A DNA stretch of 57,502 nt, filler included, from Ionaspis alba (lineage: Eukaryota), in NCBI GenBank assembly GCA_964255285.1. It is 3 parts of 3 records of this genome, joined end to end, with 100 filler letters (N's around TTAATTAATTAA, not from the genome) between each part and the next. Parts side by side here need not be neighbours in the genome. Positions count along the whole stretch, not along the records: positions 38,478 to 57,502 come from CAXUUL010000276.1; 2 more parts are not named here. The stretch is one strand, 5' to 3'. The position numbers were made by a program, and so were the translations under genes. The first letter of the stretch is position 1. Each line of letters starts with the position of its first letter. The notes beneath the pieces are model-generated. The model worked only from the letters and a program-made list of their open reading frames with translations, did not search any database and was not told the origin of the DNA. Below are positions 38,917-51,946 of the stretch, in pieces.

Positions 38917-41613
38917 TCAACCATCACTGCCACTACTTCTAAAAGTAGCGCAGAGCTCGACATATCGGTGTGTAAGGTCTAAGATCGGTTGAGGAAGACT
39001 CGTAGCCTGCACGATACTCCGCACCTTCACCGCACCCTCCTCCTCGATCAGCTTGCGTACGATACGCAATAATGCCGGTGAGAACTGGACGCGTCATTAG
39101 CTACTGCAATACGGACCACACAGCAGTTATTCTCACCTCGGAGTACCACCTGTACTGCCAGGCAATCAGCCTGATCAGACCCTGTAGCACATTCTCGCTT
39201 CTCTTGTCTTCCTCCCACATCTTCACCACCGCTTTCATGGCCTTTGGACTGAAACGGATTCTCAAACAGCTTTGATATGCTTCGATGGCTTCTTGCGGAT
39301 GATGTAAGCGTTCGGCCAACTCACCTAGTATCTCCCACTCTTCTGCGCTCTTGTTGTAGCCACCACCACTTCCTATTGAAGGCGATGAAGACGTGTTAGG
39401 GTCAGAGGACGCCTTGGCTCGAGCCATATCTGTCCGCCAAATTGTGTATATCCGGAGCTCTTCGTAGAGAACCATGAAGAGATTATCGAGCCATCGTTCA
39501 CACAAGCGCTTGTTTTGGAAGTGGCTGTAATCTGAATGCGTGGGATCGGGCTAGTAGTCGTCAGAATAGAACAGCTCAAACAGGATTGTCAGGGGTCTGA
39601 AGCCACTGTAGGGGTATGTGATTACATACGTCTTCACCGCCAGCTTTTACCTCCGCGGAAGCCACCGTATGCTCGGGTTTTTCAATGGAGCTATCAGCAC
39701 CCAATGTGCTCCCATCAGTCTCACCATTCGTCTCTATGTTCTTGGTAGCTTCTGTTGCAACCGAAAAACTATCGTCAGGCTCGTCTGGCGCGTCCTCTGC
39801 AGCTGCCCCGTTCGATCTCTCTCCGTTGGGCTTCGGACTTGGGGCGTGGAGGGCCGTCGTGCTTGGGTTTGGTTGGCTAGTCGTCCGCCCAGTCGTTCGA
39901 CCCGTCCCTGGCTGACTCTTCTCGCTCCTATATTCCTCTTCCATGACAAACACTTGACTCCTGATCCGTAGCAACTGATCCCAGCCAATTTTGGAAGTAA
40001 TGTCTGTCAACAAGCTATATGCTTTGAGAAATGTGCCCTTGTAGCCCGCTGCATTCAATTTACGCAGATTTGGATGGACCATCTCGGTCCCATACCCATT
40101 CATTGATTCATCGATCTCGTCCAGTACGGTGTCGGCTAGAACTGGGAGCAATACGCGTGCGGGTTCCGGCATACGAGGCGCATCTTTGTCCTGATAGGTG
40201 AACATCGGACAGGAATTTAGAGTCAAGAGTGCAAGATCCCATTGTTCAAGTCCGACGTATATCTCCGCAAGCTTAGACCATGTCCCAAACTCACTGGGCG
40301 CAGCTATGACCGCTCTCTGTGCAAGTGGCAACGCCCATTCGAGGTTGTCTTTGCTTTGCAGGAAACTTGCTTGGCAGTCTAAGAGTGAGTAGTCCATCGG
40401 TAACTCTTCAATGGCTTCTTTCAATAGTCCAACAGCTTTGACCTCTTCATCGCCAGCAATCAGAACGCGCGCAAGTAGAGACGATATCTCCGGATCTCGA
40501 TTTCTGAGCTTCTCAAAAAGATTCTCTCCAGAAGCAAATCTTCCAGTAGTGTGGATGTAGTTGAGCAGGCCAGTAGTAAGATGATTAGAGACGAGGTTAG
40601 GAACCTGAATCTCAGGATCCGAGCCAAGCTGCCAACCTACCGCCAGATTAGCTAGACATTTGGGATGGGAACGACCGTCCATAGGTACCTTTAAAAAACA
40701 AGCGCTCTGCAGCATCCAAGAACTTGTGCTCCACTTCTGTGCTGGTGATTGGATCGAATCTTCGCACGGCAATAATTTTTTTGATTACATCCCCGCTCCC
40801 GTCATCGGCATAAGCATATGCTCTGAGAACACCGCAGAGAAATGTTTCGAGCCAAAGACTGTCTGAAGCAAGCCGCTTGTCTCCTCTCTCGTCTACACAA
40901 TAGCTCTCGACTCCTCCGGGTATTTTGACCTCTACCCGCATATCTAATCGCGAAAAGGCGTTGTAGCAGCTGCATATGTTCAGAATTGGATGCAACCAGA
41001 TTGAAACATCAAGCTACTGACCAGTATATTCCTGAGACAACCTTGGCTGACTTGTCGCTGGATGTTTGAGTAAGAGTGTTGATATAAGCAGCCAGACTGG
41101 CGGACGATGAGACATCAATTCCGGTTACATGATGGTAGACACCCGTCTGGCCAGGAGATCAGTGGTAGGTAACTGACGAATTGTGCAACGTCGATGAAGT
41201 CTACCTGTTTTCCACCAGACTTTATAGATTGCTTGATGAGATGGACGAGATCCGGAGGTCCAAGTTCATGCAACGTAGGAAGTGCTTCATTACGGCACTC
41301 AAGGGCAGACTCTATATCTGCCTCAATCACTCTACGATATTTGCATTAGCCTTTTCATACAAGAGATCTCTAGGACGCGAGTCCGAGGTGACCAGGTTCA
41401 CGTGAGTAGAATAGGGACATCGCGAGTCATATGGGATCAATCGGACTTGAACGCTCGCACTGGCAAGATAGCTGTTGATGGACCGACTTGCCGATCTTGT
41501 GGCTCATTACCTGACATCTGCGTACCGTAGCATGGGATAGTACCAGCCGCCTTCATGCAAGCCGGTAAAATTGGGCAGAGAACAACTTACTCGGGAACAG
41601 CTGGCGCGACCAT
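38917..41613 (-). CDS. BUD7: Exomer cargo adaptor, ChAPs family (Bud7/Bch1), TPR-like; 7 exons
   Basis: MVAPAVPE, ELGPPDLVHL, CYNAFSRLDMRV, WLETFLCGVLR, ALLTLNSCPMF, IGWDQLLRIRSQVFVMEEEY, KRLCERWLDNLFMVLYEELR, WQYRWYSEFSP. Confidence 0.93.
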
Positions 41614-42091
41614 TGCGCCTTTAGTGGTGAAAGCGCCCGGTAGCTGAGGTGTTGCCTCAATACATGAGTGATTGATCAAGCTCGTATGGAGCTTGCGGCG
41701 ACCCTGATCGAGATTACAATTGGAGTAGCTTTGCAAAGGAGAGCTGCTGCTAGACTGCGGCAAACGTCGCGGCTTGGGCCCTGAGCGGTTTCACAATAAG
41801 CATAAGCTCAGCGGGAACTAAACTAGCGCGTTTCCAGCCCTATCGACTGCTCGTGTCTTAACTTCCATACGTAGCGATTCAAATCTCGCCGTTCCATGGG
41901 AGCCCAAACTAGAATAGTCCCCTAAGTTGAGTCAACCTTTTATAAAGGTGAATGAGACTCATGCTACTATGTGGGACGTGTACTTCCAGACAGAGCTTCA
42001 GTGGGAGTACGGAACACCTGTATTAAGGAAAATGTCGGCCATCTGCACTGTGTCTTAGATCGTCCAAGGCGGCCGATGTGGGTTCGATAGA

Positions 42092-45000
42092 ATGGTGCGT
42101 GAGCTGAAAATTCTCGAATTATCTGGTCTGATGAACCCTATAGGCTACCTTCATTGCTCTGAACGTGGAGCCTGAAAGCGATAGCGAAGAGGAGCTAGAC
42201 GACACGCAAGAGATCCAGGCCAGAATCCATGCATCCACGATTTGTAGTAGGCGAGCTAAATGAACAACAGATCGAGGAAGCCCTTAAACTTTACCAAAAT
42301 GCCCTCAAGCTGCATTCTCAAGGACCAGATTCCTTCGAGGAAGCGGAGGCAGCATACGATGCTCTGTTTAACTCGGAGATATTTTCGTACCCCGAGTCCC
42401 TTACCGAGGCTCGCCGCCTAGGTCTGCGTGAGGAGAAAGTAGGGGACGAGGACGACAGCGATGACTCTGACTTTACGATGCCTGTTGCAATTTCTCATGG
42501 CGGTAATGATGGTGCAACCAATTCGCTAACACAGCTGCTGTATCTGTCATACAAAAACCATGCACAATTCCTGCTGGATCGCATCACATATGAGATGTCT
42601 CAATCCGGCGGCTCTTTGGAAACTTCGTCTCCTAGTTCACTTCAGATCCGAGACCCTCTACCTATTGCTGCAGAAAGCTTGGGCTTGTTTGGAGAAGCTC
42701 TTGGGAGGGATGACACGGACCTTGATTTGTGGCGGCGGACCTCCAAAATCGGGAATCTTCTCGGCAGTCATCGCATCGCACGGTTCAGCCTGGAAGCGGC
42801 GCTCGCATCGGGGGCTGAAGACTCTCCCATGGGGATTGAGCGGCAATTTGCTGAAGAAGAGTTAAGAGATTTGCTTTCACTTACTTATGACCAGGTCTCG
42901 GATTCGCATGACTCAATAGAGCACCAGCAACATCTGAAGATTCCTGATTCGTTGAGAAGAGCCATGGACCCATGTCCGCTGCTTCAATTACCTTATCAGC
43001 GACCAGATTTGATGGAGCTGCCACGCTGTCGTCGTAATGTGATCACTGTGTCATCCAAAACATTGGTAACTACTGGTAAAGCGATTCTACAACAAGTTGT
43101 ATCAGAACTCCAAGGCGAGCTTGATCCGGGATTCGGACCTAGCTATGTACTAAAGCTACCACATGAGGGGCGTGCAGCCAATGACGGCGTACCGTTCTCA
43201 ACGAAACTTGGTGTATCCGCTCCTACGGCTGCAGTGATGGTTGAACAGGAAGAAGCGAGTTCTACAGCCTCTCGTCAGGGAAAAGCAACCGAAGTTGCGG
43301 ACCAAAGAACTCAATCTCCTGTTGTTGAAGAACCTATAGCGGACTCATTGCTGGGGATCAAGGATCAAGCTTCAAGGCCCAGTGAAATTCAGTCTACGGA
43401 TCTCCGCGAATTTCAGGATGCAGGGCAAAATGGGAATACAGAGGTGCCATTTGGTGCTCTTCCGACACGAAAGAGAACCTCAGAATCGGCTGGCATGCCG
43501 GATCCTGACGATGGAGGAAGAGTCAGGAGCAAGCGAATACGAGCTAGAGCAGAGCTTGCGCCGGAGGAAGATAATGAGATGGCGGATCTTGCGAAATACT
43601 ACAATGATCAACTGCAGCCACGTTCCCAAGCCGATGATAGGCTCGCCGAGGCTTCGAATCGCTTAATATCGAAAATTGGACTTTCAATAGTGAACAAACC
43701 CACAAAAGTCTGTACAGGCGCTGTTTTTGATGAAGAACATCCAGACTCATCAATACGTACTGTGCTACACGATTTCAAACAGCTCCTCCTCAACTGGAAC
43801 ATCCAGACGAGCAACTTATTCTTGCACGCAAGTGATAGCGAGAACTCCACTTACCTTCCGGAAGGTGATGACTCCGGACTTTCTTTGTTCCTCCAACACT
43901 CGAAGCCAGCCACCCAGAGATCTTTTGGTAGTAGCAGTACACTGAATGAGGCATCTTCGTCGGCTATGTCGAGCAAGGCAGACAATTCATGGATGTCCAG
44001 TAAGGAGCTTGCTCTGTTATGGATCACTGAGCTATTACGACCAAGATATCCTGATAATGAGCCCTACTCTACGCTCAATTCCACCGATTGCACGAAATCT
44101 CATTACCTTCGATGCCTTTGGTCGGACGATCTCAAGGAGACTGTAGTGCAAAGCCTGATATTGAACGATGATTACATCCACTCCGAGATGAGTTCCGAAA
44201 TCGCGGCTCTCGACAATCAGTGCCTAAGGAGTAGTACAAATGTGCAAGAAGACCACTACTTTGGTCGAGAAGAAAATCTAGTCGAACTTATTCAGACAAT
44301 ATTTGAGCTTCACCTTGATGTGTATGGAAGGATCACGAATCCTAGGAGTAAAGTCGACGCAATCACAAGGATATTGCAAAATGACCGGACCAAACGTTGG
44401 GCAGCCCTTGCCAGTGAAGCCATGAGCAAGCGTCCCGTACCTAGCTCGGACAATGACCGACTAGACTCACTCTCACTCCGCTACCTGTGGTCATCTATAC
44501 TGTACGTGAGTCTCGAGGACAAAATTTCGAGAGACCATATCGTTTTTTGTCTTCGTGATCTCAAACGTCTGTTGGAGGCTGCAGGATCTCCACTGCTAGC
44601 TCTGCCGAACAATGCTGGAATGCAGGAGATATCCGTGGACGTGGCTGAGCGCGAAATATCCAAACTCATGACTATGGACTTTTTCCTTAATCTTTTTGAC
44701 CCAAGGAATCAAGATCCGGTGGATGTGATAGAAAAACTGGAGCCTCTCCTAATCAACGCAAGACTGCCAGAGGTGAATGGTTCAGCTCGAGCCGGCAATG
44801 TATCTGGTGTCCATGATGAATTCGTTGAGGACAGCGAGGACGAGGGATTGTCCCAGGAGACAACGACTGGGCAGAGCTCGAAGACGGCGACTGCCTCAGA
44901 GCTGGATCCTAAGATGCAGCAGATGTCGGAATTCCTAGAAAAAGCGAGCGTTTCGCTACGACTCTATCTTTGGAAGAGATTAAGGACGGCGTACGATGAC

Positions 45001-48000
45001 ATCGATTATCCGCCCATGGTCTTCGTCTGCTTTGTCAAGAGCATTGAGGTGGTCTTACAGGACCTGTGCTCGCACGGTTACATCAATGAATCAACGGATG
45101 CTCGCCTTAGCAACCTCATGATGCGACTACGAACTCTGAACGAGCTCGTTGCAAGAGCTCTAAGACTTGCTTCGAGTAATCGCTCCGCCTTCGAGTGCAT
45201 GGATGAACAAGCACTGCGCTCTGCTATCGAGGCATGCGTTAGTTTGACACAATTTTTGCACGTCTTTACAACCTTGGATGACTCCATCGCAGTCGGACAG
45301 ACACATGCACCCGTTCAGCCTACTGCTTCCGCAAATACGGCTTATAAGGCGTCAATGAATTCGTTCCGTGAGATGAATCTTCGTGTTTGGATGTTGCAAT
45401 ACCTTATTTTCAAGGAAGCGATTTCGCAATGCTCTGATGGTCTTATTTCGTCCATCGAGGAACTTGCGGACTATCTTGTGACGACTCATCGTGCCTTTGG
45501 CATCCGACACCAGTGCAGTTTGGGCAAACGCGCCTTTCTGAAATTCGTCAAGAACGAACTTCTAAGCTTTGGCGCATCCGACGACTGGGAACTTGATATG
45601 GGCCAGATCATTTCCGATTTGTATGGTTTGAAAGTGCTATCAAATAGCGCAAACCTTGCCGATCACGGATGCGTTTCAGATAGCCTAGACCGTACCAAGG
45701 CTTTGGAGATCATGGATTTTGTTCTGGCTCAAGCGCAACGTCTAAGCATCAAGGACCTCCTCAAAACTGACCTAAAGTCGGCTATTGACAAGATGCAAAG
45801 TATAATCGGAGCTCCCAAAGGTTCTTCGCTAATGTTCAATCGACGCATTATCAATGCGTATCTGAAATCGCCACTGAATCCCATCGTGATCTATAGATCT
45901 CTTCGAGGCATAGGTGCCTTGTCGGGTGCTTCCGTTAATAACGAATTTGCCGTTGTTGCTCGGAAGGGATGGTACTTTCTCCTAGGATATATCATGCTTG
46001 TGAAGTTCCGCTCGCAGAAACGGATAAGTCCAAGTCCGACGGAGGACCTCGACATTGCCATCACATTCTTCAGAATTGATCTTGAATTCGATCTCGAGAG
46101 ATGGGAGACATGGTACAGACTTGCACAAGTCTATGATACAAAGATCGACGAGGACACAACCTGGAACGCTGATAGAATTAACGGCCATAAAGGCGATTTG
46201 ATAACGTTGCAAAAAAATGCGATCCATTGCTATACGATGGCGGTTGCTGTCGCTGTTCGCTCTGCTGATAGCTCCTTTGCCACTGCAGAGAAGATCTCAG
46301 AATTGTGCTCTGACTTCGGCACTCGTCTCTACGCTTCGTCGAGAGAGCCTTTCTCTATGGCTGTCTTCAGTATCGCCGAGTATAAACGATTCTGTAATAG
46401 TAATGCGAACGGCATGTATGAGCGACCTCCGTTTCGACCGTTCCACGAGCAATCGGTGTGGACCCTTGCCAGCGTGCTCTTTAAGCAAGCCCTAGTCGAT
46501 AAACCCACAAGTTGGATGTGAGCAATGCTGCTGCTTTCGTGTATAAAGAGGATGACTGACGATACTAGGAATTGGTATATGCTTGGGAAGTGCCTCTGGA
46601 AGATCTACAGCAATTCCGAAAACACAGGGACTTGGACCCTCTGTCAAGCAATGCTAGGAGCCTTCACATCGGCGATCGAACACGTACCAGGTAAAAGAGA
46701 CAGCAGGCATCCAGACAGAGATCCAATCCTAGAGCCGCACTACAAGCTTGTTTCCGTTGTGCACAAGCTGGTTCAGAGACGCAAGGTCATGGTAAGTTTT
46801 CGACATTGCAACGCATGCATAGTCTCTAAATTTTGTCAACAGCCAGAGGAAGGATGTCACATCCTGAGAGCTACACCATATTCCCGAAAAGTGTCCCCAA
46901 TTCAGGAACTGGAAGACTGGGAGGGATACATACTACAGGTCTTGAAATCAGTACGTGCTGCCGACAAGGCAAATTGGCACCACCGCATGGTAGCAAGGGT
47001 TAGTCTTCTACAGATAATCAACAGTAAAGGCTTGCTGATGCATCATATCAGGCTGCTCACATATTGACTGGAGATCCTACTGACTTCATCGCTGCTCGAG
47101 CGGCGAAACATGAGTTGACACAGCAAATCTTTACTAAGACCATGGCGATTCAAGTGTGGAAACCTGAGCATGAGCGAGCAGGCCGACACTTTGTATACAC
47201 TGCACGCTATGTCCGCTTCTTCGTCCAGCTCCTGATCCAGGTTGGAGACCGCCCGAATCTCGAACTGCTGGGGAAGCGTGTCCGTAAGAAACCCGGTGAC
47301 TTTGCTGATCATGCAAACCTTTGGACGGAGGTATACATGGCTCACCTAAAGCTTTTGAGGTTTCAAAGTGGTATCCCCGAAGCTCACGAAGAAGCTGTTT
47401 TCAAATCGCTTTCACTGGATATCTTCGCAACCAATACTGCACATCTCGAGACCTGGGCACATTCCCTCCCACCTTCGTCATCTCAATCACCTGCCGAGTC
47501 CACTTTGGGTATACTGCGAGAAGCTATCGAACTCAAGAAGCTCAACGCAAATCTAGGGAGAGTCGGCCCTATTGATGACCTGATCGGCGACAGTTTTGCG
47601 CGTCTCTACGAGTTGGTAGTTCCGGATCTACTTGTCAAGCTGAACGATGAGGAAAATCGAGATCGAATGCGTGTCAACCACCTCCTGATGAGCACCGACG
47701 CCATACCAGCAGATAGGGGTTTGACACCTGTGCCCGTACCCGCACAGGATCAGTCTCTTCCTCGTTCAAGACCGAAGATTGTAACTAGGAAAGAGATTGG
47801 ACGTCGAGCGGAAAATGTAGCGGCTAGATTTACAGCACCGCTACCCAGCTCGAAGCCTAAAACAACGGCGTGTGCGCCCACATCATCCAACGCGCCAGAG
47901 AATCCTCCCGGACAAAGCATTGAAAGGTATCTAGAAGCGAAGGACGACGGACCCAAAGAGGTTGCTAGCAGCGTGCCTGGAAGTGTGCACGACAGCGCAG

Positions 48001-48248
48001 ATGATGAGAGCGAGTTGAGCGAAATTGAGGAAGAGGAGGCGGAGGAGGAGGTGGGGGAAGAGGAGGAGCAGAAGAAGGAAAAGGCGAAATTACCAATGTT
48101 TCCTGGCTTGTTGAAGGATGATGGGGACATTGATGACGAAGAGGAAACTCTCGACGAGCAAGGGGATGATACCTTGGAGGCTCATGATGGTAACGGGACT
48201 GCAACAGAAGAAGAAAATGTTGGGACCGAGGCTCCTGAGGAGCTCTGA
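42092..48248 (+). CDS. HIR3: Histone transcription regulator Hir3 (HIR complex, Cabin1 counterpart); 6 exons
   Basis: M/ATFIALNVEPESDSEEELDDTQEIQ/IEEALKLYQNALKLHSQG, QLLYLSYKNH, WETWYRLAQVYD, ILEPHYKLVSVVHKLV, WHHRM, VWKPEHERAGRHFVY; acidic tail. Confidence 0.92.
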
Positions 48249-48409
48249 TGGATTNNNNNNNNNNNNNNNNNNNNNNNNNNNNNNNNNNNNNNNNNNNNNN
48301 NNNNNNNNNNNNNNNNNNNNNNNNNNNNNNNNNNNNNNNNNNNNNNNNNNNNNNTGCAACAGAAGAAGAAAATGTTGGGACCGAGGCTCCTGAGGAGCTC
48401 TGATGGATT
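48200..48409. repeat. 55-bp exact duplication on both sides of a 100-N gap (assembly overlap artefact)
   Basis: 48200-48254 and 48355-48409 are identical (tgcaacagaagaag...ctctgatggatt) and abut the gap 48255-48354. Confidence 0.9.
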
Positions 48410-48671
48410 TTTGGTGGATTTTTGGGTTTTCCACGGGTTACACGTTCATGATACCCTCTGCAGGCATGATGGCGCCAACTGTGTACATAACATGTAATAT
48501 CTTGTACAGCTTTTCAAGAGCATGGGATTTGGATGAGATCTAGATCAAGCTCCTCGATGCCAAAAGCCCTCTCTGTGCTATGTCCACAACTTCAATGTTG
48601 GGAAACATAGCGCACTACATTGCTTCATCTGATTAGAGTAGCTCCGAGGCTGAGACACTCACACTCCAGTC

Positions 48672-50986
48672 TCAGATCGCCAAGTCCTCGACCCTCACCA
48701 GTCCGCTTCCCATACCGGCAGCAGCCCAGCCTCCAAAGTGAAGATTAGGATTCCAAGCCAATTGTGTGATTCCGGTCTCCTCCTCATAAATAGTGGAAAA
48801 AGTTGTGGGGTCTTTCATTTTCTTGACACCTCGCGGTGCCTTCGACATCATCAAGCTCTGGACCTTATAACCCTCCGTGAACCTGCTAATGCCCTCTCTC
48901 TGGGACTCCACCTGGCCATTACTCGTCATCAACACATTCCCATCCTGGTCCTGACTCCTACCACCTTGTCTCTGCACCCATTCATGGCGGAACCAGATCT
49001 GTTGATACTGTGTGGTCTTAATATTGATTCCCTTCCGCATCGGATTCGTAGCCAGTACGCTCCCATCCGTGCTTCCCGCCAGCACACCCGCATGGACTTT
49101 CCCAGCGCCGATACAGGATACTTGGCCTTCCGTTCTGGCGACATTGAGACTGGTGAAGAAACGGCGTATGGGAAGTACACGAACAAAATCATTGTCTTCG
49201 GGAGCCAAAGCCCCTTTCAGCTGGATGTGATAGGCTAGTGCGGAGGAAGCAGTTCGGGAGCGAGTGGAGAGGACGAAATCGGAAAGGGGTGAACGAATAT
49301 CGGAAAGGGGTGAACGAATATCGGTCAGACGAATGTAGCCGTCCATGGAGGAGGTGATGAGGAAGTGGGGAAGGGAGGGGCGGCAGGTGATGATGTTCAG
49401 GATATAGGTGTGGTGAAAAGAGTGGTAGAAGTGCGGGACTGGTCGGGCTGCAGATATGTGATTAAGCGAAGACTGAGCGTTTTCGAGATCACCCGTCTTC
49501 CAGTGGGACGAAGATGCTATATCCCAGATAGCAACAGATCCATTGGCACATCCTGCTGCTATAGTGCTGGTAGAGAGCCAAGCTAGACAGGTGCAGATTG
49601 TATCAGACGGTTTGGCCGTAAAGGCAGCATCTCTATAAAGAACTAAGAAATATCAGATTGAGATGAACGAGAGAATTGACTAAACAACTTACCGTAGGTT
49701 GGCAGTTCTGTTGTCCTATCCAATCTGATGTCTAAGACTCGTAAGTGCCCGTCACTCCAGACTCCAGCCAGAAGACCAACTGAGCACCATTCAGGAGTCT
49801 CGTCCTCGCGCGGCTTCTTGGGGAAATGACACCAGCAGATCTGTCTTGCAGAGCCCCACTTGTTGCATATCAGATGTATCAATCGAGGGGCTTGATGAGC
49901 TATCGCCCTCTCGCCTCCTGCTATGCTTGTACTTGGAATCTCCCATATCTGGACCGAGGTCGGATACGGATCAGATGGTTCAAATGCCGAACGAGGCTTT
50001 GAGGTAGTTGAATTACCTTGAGACGTGGTTATCGCAAGGTACTGGACTCCACAATGGTAGCTTGGGGCCCAGTCTAGTGACTGTACTTTCGAACCAACAT
50101 TCAGGATCCAACCTTCTCTAGATCGCCGGAAGTTCCTGCCTGATGGTCCGCTTCCTTTTGTCGTCGGTCTGGAATCCCACGCTTCTCCTAGATGAATAGC
50201 TTCAGCGCAATTTAAGTGGAATAATTTCTGATTTCCGTACGGCCCCATTAGAAACACTCTTCCTCGTCGGTTTTCGGGCACCCAGTACAGTCCTAAGGAG
50301 GCTTGATTCAAGACCTCAATATTCTGATTCGCCGCTATAGTTTCCCTGACACCATCTTTATAGTACCAGTCCCACGCAGTCGTTGCTTCCGACTCACGCT
50401 GCTCGGTGGTTTGACTAAAAGGGTAGTCCATACCACCACTACCATTCTCAAGTGGTTTCCGGGCTGGTAAGGTAGCGTCGCAGACCCATTTGTCTCTTGA
50501 ACGCGCATATTCAGTCAAATCTTCCGGATGAGTCCCAACCGTCCATTTCAGATGGTCTTCCTTAGAAGCGTATTCGTGAGAAGCTGGCACACCCCTACTA
50601 TGAAGATCCTTCTCAGGCTTTTTTGTGCGCCTCCGAAGGTGTTTGTTCTTCACCGACAAGCTACCGTGTGACACAGAGCCTTCTTCCACGACAGGCAAGT
50701 CAGCTTTACTGGCATACGACAGAGCGTCTTCAAATTCTTCGACCGGTGTCGCCACGGCGGATCCATCAGAGGCATCTTCTGCAGAAGTGTTGCTCTCTTC
50801 CTCAGCCTCAGCGGCCTGCTCACTTGCAAAGTCCTCATCTTGCCCTGAGTCATCGAAGTCCGGTAGCGCCTCCGCAACTTCAGAATCAGAGCTGAATATA
50901 TCAAGTCCCTCAAAAACATCATTAGTATACTTTTTATTAGGCACCCTTTCCCTGGTCGACTTGCGGACACCCCCAGAACCAGTCAT
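48672..50986 (-). CDS. TFC6: Probable TFIIIC WD40 subunit (Tfc6/tau91/Sfc6); intron 49643-49692
   Basis: Acidic/basic disordered N-terminus, then GWILNVGSKVQSLDWAP, VQIWE, VGLLAGVWSDGHLRVLD, IAAGCANGSVAIWDI, SMDGYIRLTD, and C-terminus ITQLAWNPNLHFGGWAAAGMGSGLVRVEDLAI recognised as fungal Tfc6-like. Confidence 0.82.
49278..49324. repeat. Perfect 21-bp tandem duplication inside the TFC6 coding exon
   Basis: atcggaaaggggtgaacgaat x2 plus atcgg; encodes DIRSPLS-DIRSPLS-D on the minus strand. Confidence 0.9.
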
Positions 50987-51946
50987 GGCTAGTTCTACTG
51001 ATATGACTCAGTCACAAAAAGGTCATCATATGCTTCATGAAACGAGCAATAAACGTTTGACATAGGAAGCGCGTAGGCACAAAGTTGCATCATTTGTTGG
51101 CGGCTTTGCAAGAGTTGAAACGGATGAATTTGAGATAGGCTCGACTATCTTCCACACGTGAAGGCACCATAGGAATTTGTAGCGTCAAACCACATCATCT
51201 TGATAGCTACGGCTTATTCGCCCATCTCGATAGTCACATTTCAGTCAGTACTAATGGAACGAAGATGTGAACTGGCTATCTTACAGGGGTATAGCACAAC
51301 CAAAACTGACCGACTTCGACTTCCCCTCTGGTCTGGCTCAAGCTCGGCTCAGCCTCGATCAGGCTGCACCGCCACGACTTAGGCTGTATCCCTGACGAGC
51401 TCAGTCTACAAGTGAACAGCTCCTTGCTCTCTAGTATGCTCTTCTGATGATTCACATCTGGTCAAGCCACACTAAACCACCTGGAGTCTCTCGTGTAATC
51501 CAATGTAATGCTTACGCTACAGACCCGCTGATTGTGAAAATTATTTGTTGTAGCAAGCTACGGTCCGAATGGCAGGAGATAGCTGCGTAGTCACGGCACG
51601 ACCTTCGTTGAACGCCATGTTATCAGTGTCACGCTGCAAACGCCTTGTTGAGTCCTGCCGTCTATGCATTGTCGCACCGATAGCATCAAGAGAGGCTTGT
51701 AGATTCGCCACCTCGCCTTTCGCTCGTCACATCCTGGATGTCATTGGTGCTCCTAAGAGTAAAATGCGAGTCTCAATGCGCTTCTTAAAGCTCTGCAAGA
51801 GCCTCCATCGCTGACTACTCCCGGCACGTTGGTCAAGACGACAACTTAGCTGGAAATGAAGAACAGGCAAAGGAAGATAGATCTTCGAGGTTGAAAAGCA
51901 AGGCCGCCAAATATCAATACATTGAGCAGTGCGCCCTTATGTTCCA

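Noticed and set aside
3691..46842. Six stop-free introns of length 3n (SF3B2, RPC2, two in the PUF gene, CSN2, HIR3)
   Set aside because: For roughly 55 introns of about 50 nt this is close to chance expectation; it only explains why ORF-track translations read through introns.
48200..48409. Direct repeat of the HIR3 3' end suggesting an insertion with target-site duplication
   Set aside because: Copies abut a fixed-size N gap; typical unmerged contig overlap.
48478..48510. TGTA cluster (including TGTACATA) after HIR3, similar to one after RHO3, as possible PUF sites
   Set aside because: UGUA motifs are generic polyadenylation upstream elements in filamentous fungi and cannot be tied to the PUF protein from sequence alone.
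14186..50986. Apparent Pol III/RNA-processing supercluster (RPC2, POP7, RRP40, TFC6)
   Set aside because: The genes lie on different scaffolds joined by artificial linkers.
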